NCBI GenBank assembly: GCA_050949315.1
Contig: JBMNFL010000001.1
Coordinates: forward strand, 901,888 to 965,887
Length of the DNA stretch: 64,000 nt
Source: Bacilli bacterium
GTDB lineage: Bacteria; Bacillota_I; Bacilli_A; RFN20; UBA1709
Reading direction: 5' to 3'
In this document: positions 36,471 through 45,664 of the stretch, piece after piece
Layout: every line of letters starts with the position of its first letter
Position numbering within the stretch: position 1 is the first letter of the stretch
The notes under the pieces: generated by a model
Seen by the model: the letters and a program-made list of their open reading frames with translations, nothing else
What the model was told of the DNA's origin: nothing
The model's database searches: none
Translations under genes and position numbers: made by a program

Positions 36471-37808
36471 ATGGAACTAAAATTATTCAACAGTCTAAGT
36501 AACAAGTTAGAAGTTTTTAAACCCCTAGAAGAGGGGAAGGTTTCAATGTATGTCTGTGGACCGACTGTTTATAGTTATGCCCATATTGGCAATTTACGGC
36601 CGGTAGTTACTTTTGATATTCTTCGTCGTCTTTTAGAAGCCTTGGGTTATGAGGTTACTTACATTTCTAATATTACTGATATTGATGACAAAATTATCAA
36701 TGCCGCTTTAGAAGAAAACGTTAGTGAAACGGTGATTAGTCAAAGATATGAAGAAAATTTCTTTGATTGCTGTGAGAAAATTCATGCTCGCAGGCCCACC
36801 CATGTACCGCATGCCACTTTAACGATACCTAGGATGATTGAATTCATTCAAAAACTCTTAGATAAAGGTTATGCCTATCAAGCTGATGGTGATGTTTATT
36901 TCCGAGTTAATATGATTAAAGATTATGGAAAACTAAGCCATTTTCAGGTAGAAAATTTAAAAAGCGGGGCAAGGATTGAAGAAAATGTTAAAAAAGAAAA
37001 CGCCCTTGATTTTGCCTTGTGGAAAAAGACTGAAACAGGAATTAAATTCCCCGCCCCCTTTGGTGAAGGTCGCCCTGGTTGGCATACCGAGTGTGTTGTG
37101 ATGATCCAAGAGTATTATCCCAATGGTCGCATTGATATTCATGGCGGGGGCTTTGATTTAAAATTCCCCCATCATGAGAACGAAATTGCCCAAGCCGAAG
37201 CTTGCTTTTCTCATTCTATCGCGACTTATTGGTTACATAACGGCTTTATTAATGTTGACGATGTGAAAATGTCTAAATCTTTAGGTAATGTTTTACTTGC
37301 TAAGGACTTATTGGCAAATTATGGTGGCAACACCTTAAGAATGGCCATGATTTCCTCGCATTATCGTTCACCATTAAATATTAGTGAAGAGGTGCTAATA
37401 AGCGCCGCCACCGAAGTTAACAATATTTTAAATCCCTTAAAACAAGTGGATATTCAACTACAATTAAATAAAATCAAGGTGGATAATACGCTAAATGATG
37501 AAAATATAAAAACGAATTTTCTATCGGCTTTATGCGATGATTTAAACACCGCCAATGGCTTAAGCGTTTTATTCCAAACAATTAAAGAACTCAATCAAAT
37601 TTTGCGGCGACAGGATTATAATCGAGCCCTTGTTTTACGTAATAACATTTTAGAAATGTTAGATATTTTGGGTTTAGAATATAAGGCACCAATATTAAGT
37701 GCGAGTGATATTGAACTCTTTAAGCAGTGGAAGGCTTATCGTAAGGCCAAGGATTTTACCAAGGCTGATGAGCTTAGAACTGAACTTATCAAAAGAGGTC
37801 TTATGTAA
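36471..37808 (+). CDS. cysS: Cysteinyl-tRNA synthetase
   Basis: HIGN (YSYAHIGNLRP) and KMSKS (KMSKSLGN) class-I motifs. 445 aa. Confidence 0.9.
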   Translation: MELKLFNSLSNKLEVFKPLEEGKVSMYVCGPTVYSYAHIGNLRPVVTFDILRRLLEALGYEVTYISNITDIDDKIINAALEENVSETVISQRYEENFFDCCEKIHARRPTHVPHATLTIPRMIEFIQKLLDKGYAYQADGDVYFRVNMIKDYGKLSHFQVENLKSGARIEENVKKENALDFALWKKTETGIKFPAPFGEGRPGWHTECVVMIQEYYPNGRIDIHGGGFDLKFPHHENEIAQAEACFSHSIATYWLHNGFINVDDVKMSKSLGNVLLAKDLLANYGGNTLRMAMISSHYRSPLNISEEVLISAATEVNNILNPLKQVDIQLQLNKIKVDNTLNDENIKTNFLSALCDDLNTANGLSVLFQTIKELNQILRRQDYNRALVLRNNILEMLDILGLEYKAPILSASDIELFKQWKAYRKAKDFTKADELRTELIKRGLM

Positions 37809-38531
37809 ATGACGCAGTATATTTACGGAAAAAATGCCGTTTTAGCCCGAATTGAAAAACAGGAAGCTATTGAAGAACTTTATGTTTATGAAGGCATGAA
37901 GGATCAGCGCTTTTTAGCACGGCTTTCTGCTCTGAAATTTAAGAAAGTATCGCGCCAACAACTAGAGCAACTCTGTGGCAATCCTAATCATCAGGGCGTG
38001 GTGGCTAAAATTCAGGAGTATAAGTATGCTCCTTTAGAAGAAGTCATCGCTTTAGCTAACACTCAAGAATACCCCTTACTAGTTATGCTAGATGGCATTG
38101 AGGATCCGCATAATCTAGGAGCGATTTTAAGAACTTGTGAGGCCATTGGGGTTAAGGGAGTTATTGTGCATAAATACCACAGCGCCCCATTATCCTCAAC
38201 GGTAGCTAAAGTCTCAACTGGGGCCATTGAATATGTAAAAGTTGCTCAGGTGGCTAATTTGACCACCACGTTAAAGCGTTTAAAAAAAGAAGGCTATTGG
38301 GTGGTTGGGGCCGAAGCTAGTGGCCCATTAGATTATCGAGCCGTTGATTACAAAACCAAAATTGTTTTAGTTATCGGCAGTGAAGGTTATGGTATTGCGC
38401 CTTTAGTCTTTAAACAATGTGATTTTAAAGTTCATTTACCAATGGAAGGAAAGATTAACTCTCTTAACGCTTCTAATGCGACGGCAATTTTACTTTATGC
38501 CATCCATTCAAATCGTTATCCCATCAAATAA
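37809..38531 (+). CDS. rlmB: 23S rRNA 2'-O-methyltransferase of the SpoU/TrmH family (RlmB/YacO-like)
   Basis: SpoU motifs LDGIEDPHNLGAILRTCEA, VLVIGSEGYGI and NSLNASNATAILLY. It directly follows cysS, as in Bacillus. Confidence 0.85.
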   Translation: MTQYIYGKNAVLARIEKQEAIEELYVYEGMKDQRFLARLSALKFKKVSRQQLEQLCGNPNHQGVVAKIQEYKYAPLEEVIALANTQEYPLLVMLDGIEDPHNLGAILRTCEAIGVKGVIVHKYHSAPLSSTVAKVSTGAIEYVKVAQVANLTTTLKRLKKEGYWVVGAEASGPLDYRAVDYKTKIVLVIGSEGYGIAPLVFKQCDFKVHLPMEGKINSLNASNATAILLYAIHSNRYPIK

Positions 38532-38542
38532 ATAAAAAGGGG

Positions 38543-39124
38543 GTGAAACCTTTGACGATGTTAGTTCCTGATGATGAACTCATCGAACAAATAAGGTTTA
38601 AAAATGATTTGGCATTGGATTTGTTGTTGACTAGGTATGAAGGTTTTATAAATAGTTGGGTTGAAAAAATTTTTCTTAAGAAGAAAGATCATTTAGAACG
38701 TGAAGATATGTTACAGATTGCGCGCATCACACTTTGGGATTGTCTTAATTGTTATCAGGCAAATAAAGGCAATTTTTACGCCTATTCAAAACGCTGCGTT
38801 CGCAATGCTTTAGTAGCCCATTATCAAAATTATTTACAACAGACATCTTTTATTTCTTTGGATGATGACAAGACCCGTTTTTTAGCGGAAACTAGCCTAA
38901 AATTTACTTTAGATAATCAGCCAAAAAATCAAGAAACTAAAGAGTTGCTCGCTAAATTATTAACAAACAAAAAAATGGGGTCAATAGAAAGAGAAATATT
39001 GAAATATCGCCTGTTGGGTTATAGTTATAAAGATATCGCACAAATTTTGGGAATAACTGTTAAAAAAGTTGATAATCTTTTGGTAAAGATTAAGAAATTG
39101 GCGCGTTATCCTAAAGTAAAATAA
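38543..39124 (+). CDS. sigH: Sigma-70-family sigma factor, SigH-like
   Basis: The region-2-like DMLQIARITLWDCLNCYQ, the region-4 HTH YSYKDIAQILGITVKKVDNLLVKIKK, and its position after rlmB all match sigH of Bacillus. The start could be GTG 38543, TTG 38552 or ATG 38558. Confidence 0.7.
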   Translation: MKPLTMLVPDDELIEQIRFKNDLALDLLLTRYEGFINSWVEKIFLKKKDHLEREDMLQIARITLWDCLNCYQANKGNFYAYSKRCVRNALVAHYQNYLQQTSFISLDDDKTRFLAETSLKFTLDNQPKNQETKELLAKLLTNKKMGSIEREILKYRLLGYSYKDIAQILGITVKKVDNLLVKIKKLARYPKVK

Positions 39125-39188
39125 GTTGTCTTGTCTTATATTTATAAAAGTGTTAAATTATATTTAACTTAAAGATGGAGGACTTTTT

Positions 39189-40379
39189 ATGGATATATTT
39201 GCTAAATGCCGTGTTCCAGAAGCCGTTCACGATACTAAGAAAGCGGGAATTTATCCTTATTTTCACTATTTGAGTTCTAAGCAAGACACTGAAGTCATTA
39301 TGGAAGGTAGAAAAACCATAATGATTGGTTCTAATAATTATCTGGGTTTGACTTCCGATCCTCGCGTTATTGAAGCGGGCATGAAGGCTTTAGAAAAATA
39401 TGGCACTGGTTGTTCGGGAAGTCGTTTTCTGAACGGCACTTTAGATATTCATTTAGACTTAGAACAAGCCTTAGCTAAATTCCTTCGTAAGGAAGATGTG
39501 GTAACTTTTTCAACGGGCTTCCAATCAAATTTAGGTATTATCAGTGCGGTAGTCGGTTTTAATGATTACATTGTTTGTGATAAAGAAAATCATGCGAGTA
39601 TTTATGATGGTGCGAAGTTAAGTTACGGTAGGCTTGTTCGTTATGAACATGGCGATATGGAAGATTTAGAAGCCAAGTTGGCAGGTTTAGACTTAGAAAG
39701 ATTTGGGGCGATAATTATCACGGATGGCGTTTTTAGCATGAGTGGTGATATCGCTAAGTTGCCTGATATTTGTCGCTTAGCTAAAAAATATGGCGCCCGA
39801 GTTATGGTTGATGATGCCCATGGTCTTGGGGTGTTAGGAAAAGGAGGCCGGGGCACGGCTGAACATTTTGGCCTTGAAGAAGAAGTCGATATTATTATGG
39901 GGACTTTTTCTAAATCGCTCGCTAGTCTTGGTGGCTATATGGCGGCTAGCAAAGAACTCTGTGATTATGTCCGTCACACCTCTCGTCCTTTTATCTTTAG
40001 TGCTAGTATAACTCCGGTTTCTGTAGCTTGTGCTCGTGAGGCCTTAAGAATTATTGAGGCTGAGCCAGAAAGAGTAAAGAGACTTTTAGATCTCAGCCAA
40101 TATATGCGCGATGGTTTACGTAAAGTTGGTGTTCCTATTATTGAGGCGGAAACACCGATTGTCCCTATTTATGTTTACGATGATTTAAAGGCTTTTGAGG
40201 CTTGTAAATTGCTTTTAGAGCGTGGGGTTTATGTCAACCCTGTCGTTTCGCCAGCTACACCAGTAGGTATGGCCTTACTAAGGACCAGTTATACAGCGAC
40301 TCATACCTATGAGCAATTAGACTATGCCATTAAACAAATTAAAGAAGTTCTCGTTATTTTAGGTGTTATTAATGACTAA
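39189..40379 (+). CDS. Alpha-oxoamine synthase (PLP-dependent), serine-palmitoyltransferase-like. It is most similar to SPT rather than to KBL or BioF.
   Basis: GSNNYLGL, RFLNGT, TFSTGFQSNLGIIS, ENHASIYDG, ITDGVFSMSGDIAKL, DDAHGLGVLGKGGRG, GTFSKSLASLGGY (lysine motif of SPT-type enzymes) and RPFIFSASITP. 396 aa. Confidence 0.75.
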   Translation: MDIFAKCRVPEAVHDTKKAGIYPYFHYLSSKQDTEVIMEGRKTIMIGSNNYLGLTSDPRVIEAGMKALEKYGTGCSGSRFLNGTLDIHLDLEQALAKFLRKEDVVTFSTGFQSNLGIISAVVGFNDYIVCDKENHASIYDGAKLSYGRLVRYEHGDMEDLEAKLAGLDLERFGAIIITDGVFSMSGDIAKLPDICRLAKKYGARVMVDDAHGLGVLGKGGRGTAEHFGLEEEVDIIMGTFSKSLASLGGYMAASKELCDYVRHTSRPFIFSASITPVSVACAREALRIIEAEPERVKRLLDLSQYMRDGLRKVGVPIIEAETPIVPIYVYDDLKAFEACKLLLERGVYVNPVVSPATPVGMALLRTSYTATHTYEQLDYAIKQIKEVLVILGVIND

Positions 40380-41157
40380 AGTAGTCGTAATCACAGGGGC
40401 CACCTCAGGTATTGGTGAGGCCACGGCCCTTTTCTTAAAAGATAAAGGTTACTGCGTCTATTCTTTGGCTAGACGAGTTAAAGATATCGAGGGTATCAAC
40501 TATTTAAGCTGCGATGTTACTGATAAAGAAGCCATCGCTAAGGCATTAGCAACCATTTATCAAAAAGAGGGCTCTATTTTTGCCTTGATTAATAATGCCG
40601 GTATTGGTATTGGTGGTGCTTTTGAAACGACCGATGAAGAAGAGGTTAGAAAAATTCTAGCCGTCAATCTTGAGGGGCCTTTAAATGCCAGTCAACTAGT
40701 TATCCCCTATCTTAAAAAAAGTCAGGGAAGAATTATCAATATTGGGAGTATCGCTGGTGAAATTCCCATTCCTTTTCAAACACATTACTCCTTAACAAAA
40801 GCTGGGCTTGCAATGTTTAGTCAAACGCTAGCCTTGGAATTAAAACCATTAGGCATTAAAGTTTCCTGTGTTTTACCAGGCGATACCAAAACCTCTTTTA
40901 CTAACAATCGGGTCAAACAGATGGCTAGCGAAGATTATGGGGAAAGAATAAGTCGATCTTTAAAACGGATGGAGAAAGATGAAAAAAATGGAGTCGAGCC
41001 AATAAAGGTAAGTAAAGTAATTTATAAATGTCTAACGAAGAAAAATCCTCCAGTTAAGGTGGCCGTGGGCTTTGGTTATAAATGTATTTGTCTATTAAAT
41101 CGCTTATTGCCTACTAGATTTGTTAATTGGGTTGTATATCGTTTATATGCTAAATAA
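40363..41157 (+). CDS. Classical short-chain dehydrogenase/reductase (SDR). Candidate 3-keto-amine reductase partner of the SPT-like enzyme.
   Basis: TGATSGIGEA cofactor motif, NNAG, and the catalytic YSLTKAG (YxxxK). It overlaps the upstream gene's stop by 17 nt. 264 aa. Confidence 0.8.
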   Translation: MLLMTKVVVITGATSGIGEATALFLKDKGYCVYSLARRVKDIEGINYLSCDVTDKEAIAKALATIYQKEGSIFALINNAGIGIGGAFETTDEEEVRKILAVNLEGPLNASQLVIPYLKKSQGRIINIGSIAGEIPIPFQTHYSLTKAGLAMFSQTLALELKPLGIKVSCVLPGDTKTSFTNNRVKQMASEDYGERISRSLKRMEKDEKNGVEPIKVSKVIYKCLTKKNPPVKVAVGFGYKCICLLNRLLPTRFVNWVVYRLYAK

Positions 41158-41210
41158 GAAGCTATGCTTCTTTGCTAAATTTTAATATCTAGTTAAGCGT
41201 GCTAGATATA

Positions 41211-41240
41211 TTGACAAAAAGCTCAATTTCATGGTAATAT
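41211..41240 (+). promoter_or_regulatory. Sigma-A-type promoter for rpmG-secE-nusG
   Basis: TTGACA (41211-41216), an 18-nt spacer, then an extended -10 TGgTAATAT (41232-41240). Confidence 0.55.
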
Positions 41241-41262
41241 TAATCAGCGAGGTGGTCTTGTC

Positions 41263-41412
41263 ATGCGCGAAAAAGTGATTTTGGTTTGTAGTCAATGTCT
41301 CTCGCGGAATTATCGGGCGACACGCCAAAAATATGACAAGCAAAACCGTCTAGAAGTTATGAAGTTTTGTAAAAAGTGTAATGCTCACACTTTGCATAAA
41401 GAAAGCAAATAG
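41263..41412 (+). CDS. rpmG: 50S ribosomal protein L33. Not in the ORF track because it is only 49 aa.
   Basis: Translation is [49 protein letters not shown], with the two Cys pairs of L33. A GAGGTGG Shine-Dalgarno is upstream. Confidence 0.85.
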   Translation: MREKVILVCSQCLSRNYRATRQKYDKQNRLEVMKFCKKCNAHTLHKESK

Positions 41413-41423
41413 GAGAAAGAAAG

Positions 41424-41609
41424 ATGCGCAGATTTAAAAAGTATTTAATTGGTGTTTGGGATGAGGGGCATCGGGTGCGTTGGGCCAAAGGCGCTGAGTT
41501 TAAGGCCGACATTGCCACCGTTTTTGGCTACTCTATTTTCTTTTCTCTTTTCCTTTTATTAGCGGATGCTTTGGTTATTAGACTTTTACAAATCTTAAAG
41601 TTTAAATAA
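41424..41609 (+). CDS. secE: Preprotein translocase subunit SecE
   Basis: 61 aa with a single C-terminal TM. It sits between rpmG and nusG. Confidence 0.85.
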   Translation: MRRFKKYLIGVWDEGHRVRWAKGAEFKADIATVFGYSIFFSLFLLLADALVIRLLQILKFK

Positions 41610-41617
41610 GGAGTTCG

Positions 41618-42175
41618 ATGATGGAAGAACTATACAGTGAAAAACAATGGTATGTAGTTAACAGTTATTCCGGTCACGAGAATAAGGTAAAAAACAATTT
41701 GGAAAGACGTATTGAAAGCATGAATATGCAAGAGTATATCTTTCAAGTCTTGGTGGCTGAAGAAGAGGTACCTGTGATGCGGGAAGGTATGCCGACAGGT
41801 AAGATGAGAATTAAGAATATCTATCCAGGCTATGTCTTTGTCGAGATGATTATGACTGATCAAGCTTGGTTTGTTGTACGGAATACCCCTGGGGTTACGG
41901 GCTTTGTGGGCAGTAGTGGTGGGGGAACTAAACCCATACCAGTCCCCAAAGAACAGATTGATACAGTTCTGAAGAAAGTAGGAATTGTCAATAAAGATAT
42001 GTATGCTGATTACCTAGTTGGTACGGAAGTTCGGGTATTAAGAGGACCTTTAGCTGGTAGCACGGGCGTTATTGTCAGTGTCGATGCTGAAAAAGACCTG
42101 GTGTCAGTAAACGCAACCATGTTCGGTCGAGTTACCAATGTTGAATTGGACTTTGCTGATATTGAAAAAATCTAG
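41618..42175 (+). CDS. nusG: Transcription termination/antitermination factor NusG
   Basis: NGN domain (WYVVNSYSGHENKV) and KOW motif (GTEVRVLRGPLAGSTGVI). The start is more likely the second ATG at 41621. Confidence 0.9.
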   Translation: MMEELYSEKQWYVVNSYSGHENKVKNNLERRIESMNMQEYIFQVLVAEEEVPVMREGMPTGKMRIKNIYPGYVFVEMIMTDQAWFVVRNTPGVTGFVGSSGGGTKPIPVPKEQIDTVLKKVGIVNKDMYADYLVGTEVRVLRGPLAGSTGVIVSVDAEKDLVSVNATMFGRVTNVELDFADIEKI

Positions 42176-42307
42176 TCCAGCCTAGATATTTGGATCGACA
42201 TTCATAGTGCACGTGCTATGGATGTCTTTTCTTTTGTTTTTACGCGCATAAAAGACTTTAAATTTTAAAATCCACATGTATAATAGAATAAGGAAGGGAG
42301 TTGTCAG

Positions 42308-43240
42308 ATGTTTTTAGATATTAGTTCTTATATTCAAAATGAAACTGCGATGTGGGTTTTGATTGGCGTATTGGCTTTGGTTTTATTGATCTGTGTCATT
42401 AAGTGTACGGCTGATGGCATAGTCAAATGTCTTTTCAATCTGGCTTATTTTGCCCTTTTTATTGTCATGATTGCCTTTTTAGGGCCACTGGTGGCTTCTT
42501 GGTTAAAGCCTATTGGTTTTTGGGAGAATCTTTTATCAATCAATGCAAGTCTAGAATCGGCTCTGAGTTTTATTGATGCCGACCTAGCTTATTTTATTTG
42601 TGCTATTTTAATTATTTTAGTGGCCTTCATGATAATCGTCTTTATTTTAAATCGTGTTTTCCGGAAGGTTAAAAATATTAAAAACAAACAAAGTCGTTTT
42701 GTCGGCTTCATCTATGGCTTTTTCATTTTCTTTATTTTATCGGCGGCTTTTTTGGAACTTTTCACTTCGCCTTTTTTGGTAAAAGGTGGCAAACAGTTAG
42801 TTGATAAAGCCTCATATCTTAAACTTTATCATAATCATGTAACTGAACCGGTTTTTGAAATTTTTGATAAAGAAGGTGTTCCTTTTAGCGTTGATGGGGC
42901 CTTTGTTGCTGGTTATAGCGGAGCCAAGGACAATAAGAAAGTATATTTAGAGGCATTTAAGCAATATGAAACTTATATGCTGAATTCTAACGAATATGTA
43001 AAGACCTTAAAAGATGGTAGTAATTATAATGAAGAAAAAGTTAATAACGCGGCCTTAAATTATTGCCGAGTTGTTGATGTTGCCACTTGTTCCACTTCTT
43101 TTGGTTATGCTAAACTGAAGGACACCCTAAAAAATTCGGCCAATGATTGGTATGCTAAAATACCTAAGGAATTATTAAGTGGCGAAACTAAAACCCAATT
43201 AGAACAAGCTTTTAATCGTTTAGGGGTTTCTTTAGAGTAA
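42308..43240 (+). CDS. Hypothetical membrane protein with 4-5 N-terminal TM helices and a ~150-aa C-terminal soluble domain. It is inserted between nusG and rplK.
   Basis: Hydrophobic N-terminal half, then a polar domain (...YLKLYHNHVTEPVFEIFDKEGVPFSVDG...). An upstream extended -10 TGtATAAT is at 42277-42285. Confidence 0.55.
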   Translation: MFLDISSYIQNETAMWVLIGVLALVLLICVIKCTADGIVKCLFNLAYFALFIVMIAFLGPLVASWLKPIGFWENLLSINASLESALSFIDADLAYFICAILIILVAFMIIVFILNRVFRKVKNIKNKQSRFVGFIYGFFIFFILSAAFLELFTSPFLVKGGKQLVDKASYLKLYHNHVTEPVFEIFDKEGVPFSVDGAFVAGYSGAKDNKKVYLEAFKQYETYMLNSNEYVKTLKDGSNYNEEKVNNAALNYCRVVDVATCSTSFGYAKLKDTLKNSANDWYAKIPKELLSGETKTQLEQAFNRLGVSLE

Positions 43241-43270
43241 GAAATAAGTAGACAAATTCGGGAAAAGGAC

Positions 43271-43298
43271 TTGCAATATTAGTCTAATATAGTATAAT
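43271..43298 (+). promoter_or_regulatory. Sigma-A-type promoter for rplK-rplA, followed by a ~90-nt structured leader
   Basis: TTGCAA (43271-43276), a 16-nt spacer, then TATAAT (43293-43298). Confidence 0.5.
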
Positions 43299-43390
43299 TC
43301 CATATGCGTCGCTAGAGGCACGCACCTGCGTGGGAGGGTTTGATTCGCCCGTTACCACTGCACGGACAAACAAGTTAGGAGGTATGTTCC

Positions 43391-43804
43391 GTGAGTAAAA
43401 GAGTCGCAAAAGTTGTTAAACTGGAGATCTTGGGAGGACAGGCTAAGCCGGGTTCGGCTTTGGCATCCGCTGGGATTAATATGCCAAAATTTTGCTCGGC
43501 ATTTAATGACCAAACCAAAGATCGAATGGGGGAGGTTGTCCCTGTTATCATCACAGCTTATGAAGATAAGTCCTGTGATTTTGTAATTAAAACAACCCCA
43601 GCTGCCGTTTTATTGAAAAAAGCGGCCGGTATTAAAACGGCTTCTGGCCAGCCCAATACTGTCAAGGTTGGCAGTGTCACCAAAGAACAAGTTAGAAAAA
43701 TCGCCGAGTACAAAATGCCTGATTTAAATGCCAATGATATTGAGTCTGCTATCAAAATCATCGAAGGCACTGCCCGCAACATGGGAATTGAGGTCAAAGA
43801 ATAG
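43391..43804 (+). CDS. rplK: 50S ribosomal protein L11
   Basis: GTG start after an AGGAGG Shine-Dalgarno. Translation is [13 protein letters not shown]...[12 protein letters not shown]. Confidence 0.9.
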   Translation: MSKRVAKVVKLEILGGQAKPGSALASAGINMPKFCSAFNDQTKDRMGEVVPVIITAYEDKSCDFVIKTTPAAVLLKKAAGIKTASGQPNTVKVGSVTKEQVRKIAEYKMPDLNANDIESAIKIIEGTARNMGIEVKE

Positions 43805-43806
43805 TT

Positions 43807-44493
43807 ATGGCTAAGCAAGGAAAGAAATATCGCGAGGCTTTAGCGAAGATTGATCCTAAGAAAGTTTATACTATCAGTGAAGCAGTGGCAGCAGTTAAAG
43901 AGGCAAAATACAGTAAATTTGATGAAACCATTTGTGTTTCCTTCCGTTTAGGTCTTGACCCTAAGCAAGCGGATCAGCAAATTAGAGGAGCCATGGTTTT
44001 ACCTAATGGAACAGGCAAAGATAAGATAGTTCTAGCTATTACCCAAAATGAAGCCGTGGCTAAAGAAGCCGGTGCTGATTTTGTTGGTGGCAAAGAGTTG
44101 TTAGCCAAAATCAAAAATGAAAACTGGTTTGGCTTTGATGTTATCGTGGCAACCCCAGATATGATGGGTGAGCTTGGTAAAATGGGTAAAATTTTAGGCC
44201 CTAAGGGTCTAATGCCCAACCCTAAAACTGGAACAGTTTCCACAGATATCGCTAAGGCGATTAGCGAGCAAAAAGCGGGTAAGGTCAATTATCGTTTAGA
44301 TCGGGAAGCCAATATGCATGTAATTTGTGGACGGACGGGTTTTGAAGATCAAAAATTAGCCGAAAACATTAAAGCAGTTTGTCAACAGATCATACGTGTT
44401 AAACCAGCAGCCTGCAAAGGCACTTATATTAAGACCTGCGTCTTATCATCAACAATGGGGCCAGCCGTAAGGATGAACCCAGAATCAGAGTAA
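43807..44493 (+). CDS. rplA: 50S ribosomal protein L1
   Basis: 228 aa. Follows rplK by 2 nt. Confidence 0.9.
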   Translation: MAKQGKKYREALAKIDPKKVYTISEAVAAVKEAKYSKFDETICVSFRLGLDPKQADQQIRGAMVLPNGTGKDKIVLAITQNEAVAKEAGADFVGGKELLAKIKNENWFGFDVIVATPDMMGELGKMGKILGPKGLMPNPKTGTVSTDIAKAISEQKAGKVNYRLDREANMHVICGRTGFEDQKLAENIKAVCQQIIRVKPAACKGTYIKTCVLSSTMGPAVRMNPESE

Positions 44494-44559
44494 ACTTGAA
44501 TCTTTAAGTTGACTCTGCTAGAATTAGTTAGTCATCAATATACCAAAGACAGTAACGGC

Positions 44560-44646
44560 CGTTTAGGCTTAATCAGGTTACCGAGGTGTGCAAGATGCGT
44601 ATTTCATTTATGCGCTTAAACCCACACATCTCATGTGGGTTTTTAA
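44560..44646 (+). promoter_or_regulatory. rplJ (L10) leader with a terminator-like attenuator hairpin
   Basis: ~200-nt untranslated leader before rplJ. The hairpin CCCACA, loop CAUCUCA, UGUGGG is followed by UUUUU at 44640-44645, consistent with the Firmicutes L10-leader autoregulatory element. Confidence 0.5.
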
Positions 44647-44700
44647 TTAAAAGGTATATTGTTGCCTATAGATTATTGCAACAAGGAGGTGCAAAAAAGA

Positions 44701-45201
44701 ATGAACAAAGCGATTGTTGCCGAAAAGGAAGCGACGATTCAAGAGATTGTTGAAGCCATAAAGGCTGCTAAGTCAGTCTCGATTGTCGAATATCGTGGCT
44801 TGACAGTAAACAAACTCGAGGGATTGCGTCGCGATTTGCGCAAGGAGGAATGTGAACTAAAAGTTTACAAAAACACCCTTGTTCATAAAGCGGCCGATCA
44901 ATTGGGTTATGAAGCTCTTAAAATTCACCTTGTCGGACCTAACGCCTTTGTCTTCTCTAGGAAAGACGAAGTCAGCGCGCCCAAAATTCTAGCCAAATTT
45001 GCTAGGCGCAATGAGAAATTAGTTTTAAAAGGTGGCATCATTGATGGCAAAGTTATTGATGCCAATGAATTAAAAGTCGTCTCAACCTTACCAAACAAGG
45101 AAGGAATGTTATCCATGTTGCTCAGTTGCTTAACCGCCCCAATTCGCGGTTTTGCCTGTGCTGTTAAAGCCATTGCTGACAAAATGGAAACCCAAAATTA
45201 A
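44701..45201 (+). CDS. rplJ: 50S ribosomal protein L10
   Basis: The ORF track extends 5' to 44659. The ATG at 44701 (MNKAIVAEKE...) follows a CAAGGAGGTG Shine-Dalgarno. Confidence 0.9.
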   Translation: MNKAIVAEKEATIQEIVEAIKAAKSVSIVEYRGLTVNKLEGLRRDLRKEECELKVYKNTLVHKAADQLGYEALKIHLVGPNAFVFSRKDEVSAPKILAKFARRNEKLVLKGGIIDGKVIDANELKVVSTLPNKEGMLSMLLSCLTAPIRGFACAVKAIADKMETQN

Positions 45202-45222
45202 TTAAAGAGGAGGAAAATTATT

Positions 45223-45600
45223 ATGGCAAAAATTGCAAATGCTGACATCATTGCCAGCCTAAAAGAAATGTCAATCTTAGAATTAAATGAATTAGTTAAA
45301 GCTATTGAAGAAGAATTCGGTGTTACAGCGGCAGCTCCCGTGGCGGTCGCAGCAGCAGCGCCTGCTGAGGAAGCCGTGGCTACTGGTCCTAGTGAGGTTG
45401 CTGTTTGGTTAAACAATGTTGGGCAAACCAAAGTTGCCGTTATCAAGGTTGTTCAATCAGTTACCGGTTTAGGTTTATTGGATGCTAAGAAATTAGTTGA
45501 CAAAGCTCCCTGCGCTATTAAAGAAAAAATTGCGCCAACCGAGGCTGATGAAATCAAGGCCAAACTTATTGATGCCGGCGCTGAAGTTGAGATTAAGTAA
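45223..45600 (+). CDS. rplL: 50S ribosomal protein L7/L12
   Basis: N-terminal dimerisation helix, an Ala-rich hinge ([15 protein letters not shown]) and a C-terminal domain. Confidence 0.9.
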   Translation: MAKIANADIIASLKEMSILELNELVKAIEEEFGVTAAAPVAVAAAAPAEEAVATGPSEVAVWLNNVGQTKVAVIKVVQSVTGLGLLDAKKLVDKAPCAIKEKIAPTEADEIKAKLIDAGAEVEIK

Positions 45601-45611
45601 TTAAAAAAGTA

Positions 45612-45646
45612 GAAACCCGCGCCTTTTAATCAAGCGGGTTTTTTAC
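45612..45646 (+). terminator. Rho-independent terminator after rplL
   Basis: Stem AACCCGC, loop, stem GCGGGTT, then TTTTT. Confidence 0.7.
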
Positions 45647-45664
45647 TGATTTTAGGAGCAGGTT

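Noticed and set aside
39189-40379. Annotating the alpha-oxoamine synthase as 2-amino-3-ketobutyrate CoA ligase (kbl) or bioF
   Set aside because: The lysine motif GTFSKS and several flanking blocks are SPT-type rather than KBL (GTLGKA) or BioF. The neighbour is a classical SDR, not a threonine dehydrogenase, and no bio genes are nearby.
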